Virus record (IMG/VR): IMGVR_UViG_3300027971_000044
Coordinates: 1 to 64,000 of that record
DNA: 64,000 nt
DNA from: a virus
Direction: 5' to 3' (one strand)
Shown: positions 1 to 7,226 of the stretch, in pieces
How positions within the stretch are numbered: position 1 is the first letter of the stretch
Layout of the letters: each line of letters opens with the position of its first letter
Translations under genes and position numbers: made by a program
Notes under the pieces: generated by a model
Database searches by the model: none
Seen by the model: only the letters and a program-made list of their open reading frames with translations
Told to the model about the DNA's origin: nothing

Positions 1-126
1 TGCCACTACATTAGTGGAAACCTTTTGTAAGTCTGCTACGACTTTATTCATTTCATCTGCGCTATTAGCGGTGAAGTCAACGCCTAGTAATTGTGCGCCG
101 TCCCATAGTGAGTATGTTATTGTCAT
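1..126 (-). CDS. small early hypothetical protein (runs off window start)
   Basis: Read by hand: ATG at 126, MTITYSLWDGAQLLGVDFTANSADEMNKVVADLQKVSTNVVA..., SD AAAGGA upstream, downstream of promoter at 163-184. Confidence 0.7.
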   Translation of the reverse strand, partial: MTITYSLWDGAQLLGVDFTANSADEMNKVVADLQKVSTNVVA

Positions 127-162
127 TTTATTTTCTATCCTTTGTTAGTAGTTATAGTAAGT

Positions 163-184
163 ATTGTAGCCTAGTGGGCTGACA
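163..184 (-). promoter_or_regulatory. promoter TGTCAG-N10-TACAAT (PafBC/RecA-NDp-like)
   Basis: Reverse complement reads TGTCAG CCCACTAGGC TACAAT; same architecture at 615-636. Confidence 0.7.
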
Positions 185-214
185 TTATCAAGACGACACG
201 CCGTAGCGTGTAGC

Positions 215-391
215 CTATGCGGTGTGAGTTACCTCACACACGCACTCTATGCAATAGCAAGCCTTGCTAGAGAGTAGGTCACGCAATAGAGCCTTGCGTG
301 TATAGGCATTTAGTCCATAAGAGGACTTGACCCCACCATTGTGGAAGTCGTGAACGATTGTAGAGTATAACTCTTCTGTAAGGTTAGTCAT
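215..391 (-). CDS. 58 aa Cys-containing hypothetical protein
   Basis: MTNLTEELYSTIVHDFHNGGVKSSYGLNAYTRKALLRDLLSSKACYCIECVCEVTHTA*; TAATG coupling to upstream ORF; below ORF-track cutoff. Confidence 0.6.
   Translation of the reverse strand: MTNLTEELYSTIVHDFHNGGVKSSYGLNAYTRKALLRDLLSSKACYCIECVCEVTHTA
223..238. promoter_or_regulatory. CRP/GlxR-type binding site
   Basis: Perfect TGTGA-GTTACC-TCACA. Confidence 0.6.
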
Positions 392-564
392 TAGTTAGAC
401 CCCTTACCTACTAGGTTATGCTCGGCGTAGTTACCGCCGCACATTGTGCAGAGTGACCAAGCGGTTACTCTACCGCAACCTGCTGAGCAGGCTACATATC
501 CAAGACGCTTAGCGTCACTTTCTACTAGGTAGTCGTTACGACTTTCCCATATTCTGTTAGTCAT
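391..564 (-). CDS. 57 aa Zn-binding hypothetical protein
   Basis: MTNRIWESRNDYLVESDAKRLGYVACSAGCGRVTAWSLCTMCGGNYAEHNLVGKGSN*; CxxxC and CxxC; SD AAAGG upstream. Confidence 0.7.
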   Translation of the reverse strand: MTNRIWESRNDYLVESDAKRLGYVACSAGCGRVTAWSLCTMCGGNYAEHNLVGKGSN

Positions 565-614
565 TTTAGACCTAACCTTTCTTAGTAAGACTTTCTTACT
601 TTCTTTATACTATA

Positions 615-636
615 ATCATAGCAAGGGGGACTGACA
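615..636 (-). promoter_or_regulatory. promoter TGTCAG-N10-TATGAT (PafBC/RecA-NDp-like)
   Basis: Reverse complement reads TGTCAG TCCCCCTTGC TATGAT. Confidence 0.7.
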
Positions 637-674
637 TTTAGGGGGGTTACTCGCTAGTATTCGCAAACTATTTT

Positions 675-690
675 TGTGATAAGGGTCACA
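675..690. promoter_or_regulatory. CRP/GlxR-type binding site
   Basis: Perfect TGTGA-TAAGGG-TCACA, same offset from its promoter as the 223-238 site. Confidence 0.6.
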
Positions 691-808
691 CTCACGCTCA
701 CGGGCATAGGGTAATGGGAGCACTATCGGACAAAACGGACATCTTTAAATGTGTGTATCATACAAATTAAAAATATATTAACATTTTCTCAAAAGTGACT
801 TTGATCTA

Positions 809-838
809 TTGACTTGCGAAAATCCCAAATGGTATACT
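809..838 (+). promoter_or_regulatory. sigma70/SigA-type promoter
   Basis: TTGACT-N18-TATACT with extended -10 TGG. Confidence 0.6.
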
Positions 839-1036
839 TCTCTAGCACAACAGTTTTCGGAGATCGCATCAAGGGTTTAAACTTGTGTAGCAACCATACC
901 AAAGGTAGCTGGCCTGAAAAGGTTCAACCGATGAATCCGCACCAAAAGTCGTAGGATTTCGGGGATATGTATATAATTTCTATATGCATGCCCGTAGGGT
1001 TTTTATAGCAAACCACCAAAGATTAAGGAAAAGCAA

Positions 1037-1249
1037 ATGGCTAAAAGAATAAATTGGGAATATGCAAATATAAGAGATAAAGTGGCGGGAACTCCATTTG
1101 ATAACTCATATGATTGGCGTGAATTAAAGTCATTAAGAGATACTACTTGTGAAGCATGCCAAAGAAGGATTCATAAAGGACAGATGATGAAATGGAATGT
1201 AAATACCAAAACGGTAATGCATTTGGAGAAAGATTGTAAGCTTTGGTAA
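1037..1249 (+). CDS. small Zn-finger-like protein
   Basis: CEAC...H..DC pattern; SD AAGGA. Confidence 0.7.
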   Translation: MAKRINWEYANIRDKVAGTPFDNSYDWRELKSLRDTTCEACQRRIHKGQMMKWNVNTKTVMHLEKDCKLW

Positions 1250-1303
1250 AAAATATTCTATTAACATTTAGTAGAATCTATAAAGCAGTCGACTAGGATA
1301 TAT

Positions 1304-1513
1304 ATGTCAAATGAAAACACATCTTGTTTTACTTACAAGGTAGAAATGATTATTCAGATCTTGGCGGCAGATGAAATTACCGCTAGAGCACAACTGGATG
1401 AAAAAGGCGGATACGTAACATCTAGAGAAGTTACTTTCATGGACTCCATGCAGGTCTATAAAGGAAATAAGCTAAGCAAGAAAAAGAAAGATATTGACCC
1501 TGTAGTCGAATAA
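1304..1513 (+). CDS. hypothetical protein
   Basis: 69 aa ORF with AGGA upstream, collinear with neighbours. Confidence 0.65.
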   Translation: MSNENTSCFTYKVEMIIQILAADEITARAQLDEKGGYVTSREVTFMDSMQVYKGNKLSKKKKDIDPVVE

Positions 1514-1534
1514 AAATTGTTATATAATTAACCT

Positions 1535-1819
1535 ATGTCTCCAGAGAAGATATCGGTTAAGAAACAAAAAGATTATCTGGCACGTTATTTAAAAGACATT
1601 AAAGAAAAGAACCCTTGCATCGATTGCAAAGTATCCTATCCGTATTATATGATGGACTTTGATCATGTTCGTGGAACCAAGCATGCAAATGTGGCGGAAC
1701 TAATCAATACGTTATCTAAGAAACGAATAGATGCAGAAATAGCAAAGTGTGAAGTAGTTTGTTCAAATTGCCATAGAGCAAGAACCTATTTAAGAAAAAA
1801 CGGGAAGAAGGAAGCATAA
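1535..1819 (+). CDS. HNH endonuclease family protein
   Basis: CIDC...MDFDH...CEVVCSNCHRART; TATAAT ends 6 nt before ATG (leaderless). Confidence 0.8.
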   Translation: MSPEKISVKKQKDYLARYLKDIKEKNPCIDCKVSYPYYMMDFDHVRGTKHANVAELINTLSKKRIDAEIAKCEVVCSNCHRARTYLRKNGKKEA

Positions 1820-1929
1820 TGAAATTCTGTACATATTGCGATAAGCTCTCATATACATCCAAAGTAACACTAAATGGATCTAAGATCTATTATTGTGATG
1901 ATCATGCTGATAGAATAGCAGTTGACTAG
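1819..1929 (+). CDS. 36 aa Zn-finger-like peptide
   Basis: MKFCTYCDKLSYTSKVTLNGSKIYYCDDHADRIAVD*; CxxC..CxxH; TAATG coupled to HNH gene. Confidence 0.6.
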   Translation: MKFCTYCDKLSYTSKVTLNGSKIYYCDDHADRIAVD

Positions 1930-1949
1930 GATTATGGTATAATAATATT

Positions 1950-2081
1950 ATGAATAAATGTTCTGCACATACATGCACATTGCCATCATTTGTATTTAGA
2001 AAAGATGATCCATCTATTGGATACTGCATGGCACATGGCATGGAATACGCATATGTTATGAAAGCAAGAGAATCTAAATGA
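1950..2081 (+). CDS. 43 aa Zn-finger-like peptide
   Basis: MNKCSAHTCTLPSFVFRKDDPSIGYCMAHGMEYAYVMKARESK*; TGGTATAAT ends 6 nt upstream (leaderless). Confidence 0.6.
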   Translation: MNKCSAHTCTLPSFVFRKDDPSIGYCMAHGMEYAYVMKARESK

Positions 2082-2245
2082 AGAAGATACAGCGTAAGAC
2101 AAAGTCTTTCTCAGCTTTAATAATGCTAATTGCGACAGCAATCCTGTCAGGTGTAGCTTTGAATAAATTTTTAAATTGGGCGGGACAGCAAGAAGACTTC
2201 TTTGATTTTGATCTAAATGAAGACATAGACAGAGAAAATGTATAA
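2078..2245 (+). CDS. 55 aa single-pass membrane peptide
   Basis: MKKIQRKTKSFSALIMLIATAILSGVALNKFLNW...DFFDFDLNEDIDRENV*; basic N-terminus, hydrophobic helix, acidic tail; ATGA overlap. Confidence 0.6.
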   Translation: MKKIQRKTKSFSALIMLIATAILSGVALNKFLNWAGQQEDFFDFDLNEDIDRENV

Positions 2246-2366
2246 CTCATTACTTGGGTCTATATTAGATCTAATCTACCTTGGCTCATATTACCTATTA
2301 GTTCCATTTGTATCTCTGGTTATATTATCTTCTATGGTTGTATATATAAAAAGCTTTAAACTTTAA
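2238..2366 (+). CDS. 42 aa membrane peptide
   Basis: MYNSLLGSILDLIYLGSYYLLVPFVSLVILSSMVVYIKSFKL*; overlaps previous stop. Confidence 0.45.
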   Translation: MYNSLLGSILDLIYLGSYYLLVPFVSLVILSSMVVYIKSFKL

Positions 2367-2561
2367 TTCTCCCGCCCTTTTCTGGGGTCTTAGTATCGGA
2401 GATACCAATTATGCCCTGTTAGGGCTTTAGAACCCTCATAGAGGGCTTATATGGCATATTCTGAAAATGATCACAGATGCTAAAATGGCTCTTCTATCGA
2501 CGCAGCACTTTTTTCGCACTAATTGCACTATATGTCCGTATTGTCTATATACTATCTATAT

Positions 2562-2599
2562 AAAAGAAAAAATCCCAATCAGAGGCGGATCCGATTGGG
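2562..2599 (-). terminator. intrinsic terminator
   Basis: CCCAATCGG...CTGATTGGG stem followed by ATTTTTTCTTTT on the minus strand. Confidence 0.75.
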
Positions 2600-2657
2600 C
2601 TTTTCTAGTGTATTACTACACATTATATAGGGAGACATTGCTGCCGTCACCTACACA
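2562..2657 (-). ncRNA. candidate ~95 nt structured small RNA
   Basis: Consensus promoter immediately upstream, two GNRA-capped hairpins, intrinsic terminator, no credible ORF. Confidence 0.6.
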
Positions 2658-2662
2658 TCTTA

Positions 2663-2691
2663 ATTGTAATATGGATTATTTTCTATGTCAA
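2663..2691 (-). promoter_or_regulatory. consensus sigma70/SigA promoter
   Basis: TTGACA-N17-TACAAT on the minus strand. Confidence 0.75.
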
Positions 2692-2698
2692 GCATTTA

Positions 2699-2890
2699 CT
2701 ACCATTTTCCAATAGGGCATTTTGCATCTAGTAGTCTTGTTTTCATTTCCATGAAACACCCGCATTTATTGCATTGTTTTGTAAATTGAATTAAATTTTC
2801 GCAAGAAAGACAAGATTGCATTCTTTCTTTTTGTATCTCTTCAGAAGACCTAGGTGCATCTGAATCAAACAAGTCCCAAGGTTTAACCAT
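2699..2890 (-). CDS. Cys-rich small phage protein
   Basis: CLSC...CNKCGCFM..K..L..AKCPIGKW; likely start MVKPW at 2890, overlapping upstream stop. Confidence 0.75.
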   Translation of the reverse strand: MVKPWDLFDSDAPRSSEEIQKERMQSCLSCENLIQFTKQCNKCGCFMEMKTRLLDAKCPIGKW

Positions 2891-3086
2891 TGTTATCTTC
2901 AGGTGGGGTAAATGAAGGAGCAGGCCCAAGAAGAAATCCTTGTTCATGATATTCAATCATTTTTGCCGTCTTCTCAGGATCTGTTTTATTTGCCATAATT
3001 GTTAGCATGTCGTAAATACGGTGAAGCATTATATAGTTCACCATAGGTAGGTTATCTTCTATTGATTGAGATTCTTTATTTTCCAT
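2883..3086 (-). CDS. hypothetical protein
   Basis: Start MENKES at 3086 by TAATG coupling; MLHRIYD...LGPAP core. Confidence 0.7.
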   Translation of the reverse strand: MENKESQSIEDNLPMVNYIMLHRIYDMLTIMANKTDPEKTAKMIEYHEQGFLLGPAPSFTPPEDNNG

Positions 3087-3289
3087 TATGGCCTCCCCAT
3101 ATCTTCCCAAAATATTTCACGCCCCATAGCGTCTTTCTCAGATAGGGCATTTCCTTCAAACTCATAATTAAAAGGGTTCTCTTCTTGCGGCGCACTTATT
3201 TTTGCACTATTTTGCGGAATCACTTTAACATGAAAGAAGTTTTCTTCTTGCTCACAGGTGCATTGCCCGTTTTTACATTCATCTAACAT
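3086..3289 (-). CDS. hypothetical protein
   Basis: 67 aa ORF that tiles exactly between neighbours. Confidence 0.5.
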   Translation of the reverse strand: MLDECKNGQCTCEQEENFFHVKVIPQNSAKISAPQEENPFNYEFEGNALSEKDAMGREIFWEDMGRP

Positions 3290-3488
3290 TGTCCACCGCT
3301 TTCATAATATCATCGTAATCTTTTGTTCCAAGGACTTTTTTATAGTGGCAAGATAGGCAATAAACAAATACCCGATCCTCACCGTCCTGGTTAGGGAAAA
3401 GAGGACCTTGATCCATTGGACATTCAAGTCTAGGAACAAGGCCCTCTTCTGATAAGGCTATGTACTTAGATACGTATTGTATCTGCAT
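3279..3488 (-). CDS. Zn-ribbon protein
   Basis: CPMD...CLSC; SD GGAAG. Confidence 0.75.
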   Translation of the reverse strand: MQIQYVSKYIALSEEGLVPRLECPMDQGPLFPNQDGEDRVFVYCLSCHYKKVLGTKDYDDIMKAVDNVR

Positions 3489-3494
3489 TACTTC

Positions 3495-4046
3495 CTACTT
3501 CTTTGCATCAGTTGGGAATTGCAAAAGCCATTCCTTAGCCTTCGGGGTCATACCCTTCCAGCTTGACCAATCTGAGCCGCCTTCGGTCATGTAGTACGTT
3601 ATCTCTGCGTTAGTTACTGGGTCGAATAACTCTTTGTTACTCTTTAGGTCGAATTTCTCTAGTCTTTTTGGACCGAGATCTCCAATCATGTTTATCTGGA
3701 ATATTCCATAGGAACTATCTCCAGTTTTCTTATCCCCGTTATATGCAAGCGGTCTTCCATTAGATTCACGCTTTGCTATTGACCAAGCTTTCTTAAGGCC
3801 TGATCCTTCGAATCCTACAGTCTTGAGTAGTAAAACTAGTTCTTCGTCTGTAAGCATCTCAGATGGCTTGTAAATCTCTTTACTAAAACTATCTAAGACT
3901 TCTTGCTTTAGTTGGGCTTCAGTTTTCACTAAAGGTTGTACTGTTAAGGCATTTGCTGGCTGTACAGGAAACAAAAATAATGTTATCATTACTATTGTAA
4001 CTATATTGTGAGCCAGATCACTCACCTGTTGTTTTATTTTCTCCAT
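3495..4046 (-). CDS. lytic transglycosylase (SLT domain) with N-terminal signal/TM segment
   Basis: IAKRES (catalytic Glu), SYGIFQIN, LFDPVTNA, GGSDWSSW; SD GAGGAGG supports start at 4046 rather than 4133. Confidence 0.85.
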   Translation of the reverse strand: MEKIKQQVSDLAHNIVTIVMITLFLFPVQPANALTVQPLVKTEAQLKQEVLDSFSKEIYKPSEMLTDEELVLLLKTVGFEGSGLKKAWSIAKRESNGRPLAYNGDKKTGDSSYGIFQINMIGDLGPKRLEKFDLKSNKELFDPVTNAEITYYMTEGGSDWSSWKGMTPKAKEWLLQFPTDAKK

Positions 4047-4079
4047 TGGCATTTCCTCCTCTAGAGATAACGAACTACA

Positions 4080-4109
4080 ATCATAACATTGATGGGATAA
4101 GCCTGTCAA
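4080..4109 (-). promoter_or_regulatory. promoter of the SLT operon
   Basis: TTGACA-N18-TATGAT with extended -10 TG on the minus strand. Confidence 0.65.
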
Positions 4110-4131
4110 GCCAGTCAACCAGAAAGAAAAC

Positions 4132-5136
4132 ATGAATATATCTTATTATACTATTCAGTCGGGGCTTAATCCCGCAGTTGGCTATGGCTATGCAGGAAAG
4201 AATATAGTTAAATCTTTAAATAAACTTGGGCATAATATAACATTTGCTGATCCTAAAGCTGATATTCAATTAAGCTTTACTCAGCCACAACATTTTAAGC
4301 TACATAGAAAACAATATCAGATTTCATATACTCCGTGGGAATCTACAGAGATGAAGCCAGAGTGGGTTGAAAGATTTAATGCGTGTGATGAAGTCTGGAC
4401 AACATCTGACTGGTGTGCTAAAGTATTTAAAGACAATGGAATAACTAAACCAATATATGTTTATCCACATGGGATTGAAAGCATCTGGGTACCTAAAAAA
4501 AGATTTGTTCAAAAAGGAACACCCTTAAAGTTTTTACATATTGGAGAGCCTTCTCCAAGAAAAGACGGGCAACTAGTAGTAAATACATTCATAAAACTAT
4601 TTGGCAATAATCCAGACTATCACTTAACAATTAAAGCTCATAAGTTTAGTACTATTAGAGTATATGATAATGAAGATAGCATTATTGGTCTTCCCCACGA
4701 ACTTTATAGTAATATAGATATGATTACAGATGAGATTAACGAAGAGCATCTTGTAAAGCTTTATCACGATCATCATGTTTTAGTTTATCCTACATGGGGA
4801 GAAGGTTTTGGCTTTATTCCTTTACAAGGATTAGCAACTGGTATGCCAGTAATATCAACATATGATTGGTCTCACTATATGGACTACATGGGACCACTTA
4901 AGTTAAAGTCTAAACTTACAAATGAGACTATGCCAAACTTTATATCAGATGGACATATAGGAAAAATGTTTAAACCAGATGCAAAACATTTAGAAGAGTT
5001 GATGTTAGAAGTTTCAAGTAACTATAATGCTTACTCTGGATATTATTTTGCTCAGTCAACCGAAATACATGAAAAGTATAATTGGGATCAGTTGACCAAG
5101 AAAGCATTTGAACATTTAGTAGAAAAATTTAATTAG
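4132..5136 (+). CDS. GT-B fold glycosyltransferase (GT4 family)
   Basis: GYG motif, PHGI, PRKD, EGFGFIPLQGLATGMPVI. Confidence 0.85.
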   Translation: MNISYYTIQSGLNPAVGYGYAGKNIVKSLNKLGHNITFADPKADIQLSFTQPQHFKLHRKQYQISYTPWESTEMKPEWVERFNACDEVWTTSDWCAKVFKDNGITKPIYVYPHGIESIWVPKKRFVQKGTPLKFLHIGEPSPRKDGQLVVNTFIKLFGNNPDYHLTIKAHKFSTIRVYDNEDSIIGLPHELYSNIDMITDEINEEHLVKLYHDHHVLVYPTWGEGFGFIPLQGLATGMPVISTYDWSHYMDYMGPLKLKSKLTNETMPNFISDGHIGKMFKPDAKHLEELMLEVSSNYNAYSGYYFAQSTEIHEKYNWDQLTKKAFEHLVEKFN

Positions 5137-5225
5137 CCCTTCCCCTTTTAATCATTCTTTGGTAGAATAGGATCTTCACACTAAATTTAAATTAACCGCT
5201 AGGCGGAGAAAAAAGGTATTATAAA

Positions 5226-7160
5226 ATGTCTAAGACTATTGCAAACCCATACGAAAATTTTATTGCGTTATCAAGATATGCAAGATGGATATCAGAAGAT
5301 AATCGCCGTGAGACATGGGGTGAGACAGTAGATAGATATTTTGACTTCATGTTAAACCATCTAAAACAGAATTACAACTATATTCCAAATGAAAAGCTTG
5401 TAGCGGAATTAAAAGACGGTGTATTTCAGAGAAACGTCATGCCTTCTATGCGTTCTGTGATGACTTCAGGAGCAGCACTAGAAAGAGATAATGTTGCAGG
5501 ATATAACTGTGCATTTCTTCCAGTTGACTCTGCACGTTCATTTGATGAAACCATGTATATACTTATGTGCGGTACAGGAGTAGGATTCTCTGTTGAGTAT
5601 AAATATATTAATAAGCTTCCTGCCGTTCCAGAATCATTGGAGAAGTCAACTACTGTAATTACAGTAGAAGATTCAAAGCAAGGCTGGGCAAAAGCATACC
5701 GTGAGTTGCTTGCACTACTCTGGTCAGGACAGATTCCAGCAATCGATGTTTCTAAGGTGCGTCCCGCAGGCGCAAGACTTAAGACAATGGGTGGAAGATC
5801 ATCTGGACCACAACCACTTATTAATTTATTTGATTTTACAATTGCAAAGTTTAAAGGCGCTACAGGAAGAAACCTTAAGCCAATTGAATGCCACGATATA
5901 ATGTGCAAGATTGGTGAAGTAGTTGTTGTAGGCGGAGTTCGCCGATCAGCAATGATTTCCCTTTCTAACATTAACGATATCGAGATGGCACAGGCTAAGT
6001 CAGGCAACTGGTGGGAAGCCAATACACAACGTGCTTTATCTAATAACTCTGTTGCGTACTCACGCAAGCCAGACATGGAGCAATTTATTGCAGAATGGAA
6101 ATCTCTATATGATTCAAAGTCAGGAGAACGAGGTATATACAATGTGGCCGCAGCTCAAGCCCAAGCAGCCAAGTATGGAAGAAGAGATCCAGATATACAC
6201 TATGGAACTAACCCGTGCTCAGAGATTATTTTACGTCCTTATCAGTTTTGTAACCTTTCAGAAGTCGTACTACGTGAGAATGATACAAAGAAAGAAATTG
6301 AACGCAAGGTTGAACTTGCAACTATTCTTGGAACGTGGCAGTCAACGCTTACAGACTTTAAATATCTTCGCAAGATCTGGAAAGACAATACAGAAGAAGA
6401 GCGCCTGCTAGGTGTTTCTTTAACTGGACAATTTGGACACAAGTTTATGTCAGGTAAAGAAGACCTTGTTTCACTAGAAGATTTCTTGATGACTCTTAGA
6501 GAATTAGCAAGAGCAAAGAATAAAGATGAGGCTGGGAAAATTGGGATTCCTGAGTCTGCCGCTATTACATGTGTAAAGCCATCAGGAACAGTATCTCAAT
6601 TGGTCGGGGTATCTTCAGGAATGCATGCTTGGCATTCTCCATATTACATTCGTACAGTACGTGGGGCAAAGGGAGATCCAATCTCTACATTTTTGAAGGA
6701 AGTCGGAATTCCTGTAGAAGATGATGTTATGAAGCCAAACGATACATACGTATTCTCATTTCCAATTAAGGCACCAGAGGGTGCAATTGTTAGAAATGAT
6801 TTAACTGCTATTGAACACCTAAACATTTGGTTGGTTTACCAACGTGCATGGTGTGAGCACAAACCATCTATTACCGTTTCTGTAAAAGAGGATGAATGGA
6901 TGGAAGTTGGTGCTTGGGTATATAAGCATTTTGATGAGGTTTCTGGAATTTCATTCCTGCCGCATTCAGACCACTCATATAAGCAGGCTCCTTACCAAGA
7001 AGTAGATAAGGCAGAATATGACGCTCTTGTTGAAAAGATGCCAAAGGATATCCGATGGGAAGATTTATCTTTTTATGAGACAGAAGATGGCACTTCTACC
7101 AATGCCACGCTTGCCTGCAGCTCAGATGGAAATTGTGAGCTTGTGGATATTTCTGCTTAG
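5226..7160 (+). CDS. nrdJ: class II adenosylcobalamin-dependent ribonucleotide reductase
   Basis: RRETWGETVDR, GYNC, GTGVGFS, GTNPCSEI, FCNLSEV, TCVKPSGT, C-terminal CSSDGNCE pair; no nrdB nearby. Confidence 0.93.
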   Translation: MSKTIANPYENFIALSRYARWISEDNRRETWGETVDRYFDFMLNHLKQNYNYIPNEKLVAELKDGVFQRNVMPSMRSVMTSGAALERDNVAGYNCAFLPVDSARSFDETMYILMCGTGVGFSVEYKYINKLPAVPESLEKSTTVITVEDSKQGWAKAYRELLALLWSGQIPAIDVSKVRPAGARLKTMGGRSSGPQPLINLFDFTIAKFKGATGRNLKPIECHDIMCKIGEVVVVGGVRRSAMISLSNINDIEMAQAKSGNWWEANTQRALSNNSVAYSRKPDMEQFIAEWKSLYDSKSGERGIYNVAAAQAQAAKYGRRDPDIHYGTNPCSEIILRPYQFCNLSEVVLRENDTKKEIERKVELATILGTWQSTLTDFKYLRKIWKDNTEEERLLGVSLTGQFGHKFMSGKEDLVSLEDFLMTLRELARAKNKDEAGKIGIPESAAITCVKPSGTVSQLVGVSSGMHAWHSPYYIRTVRGAKGDPISTFLKEVGIPVEDDVMKPNDTYVFSFPIKAPEGAIVRNDLTAIEHLNIWLVYQRAWCEHKPSITVSVKEDEWMEVGAWVYKHFDEVSGISFLPHSDHSYKQAPYQEVDKAEYDALVEKMPKDIRWEDLSFYETEDGTSTNATLACSSDGNCELVDISA

Positions 7161-7226
7161 TGGTAGAATTATAGTATTCGGGTAAAACCGAAAATTCTAG
7201 GGCGTCCGCCCAAGAAGGAGATTAAG

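Noticed and set aside
195-203. GACACGCCG as a WhiA-type site
   Set aside because: Short motif present at only one of the two early promoters, so support is insufficient.
905-965. Hammerhead ribozyme or tRNA in the structured leader
   Set aside because: No CUGANGA core with a correctly placed GAAA, and no cloverleaf with T-loop; no tRNA was recognised anywhere in the window.
2467-2715. 82 aa plus-strand ORF from the track
   Set aside because: No SD or recognisable motif, and it runs antisense through a promoter, structured RNA and terminator; more likely spurious.
5177-5195. Possible NrdR box or cobalamin riboswitch upstream of nrdJ
   Set aside because: Only half of the NrdR consensus matches (ACACTAAATTTA), and the intergenic space is too short for a B12 riboswitch.
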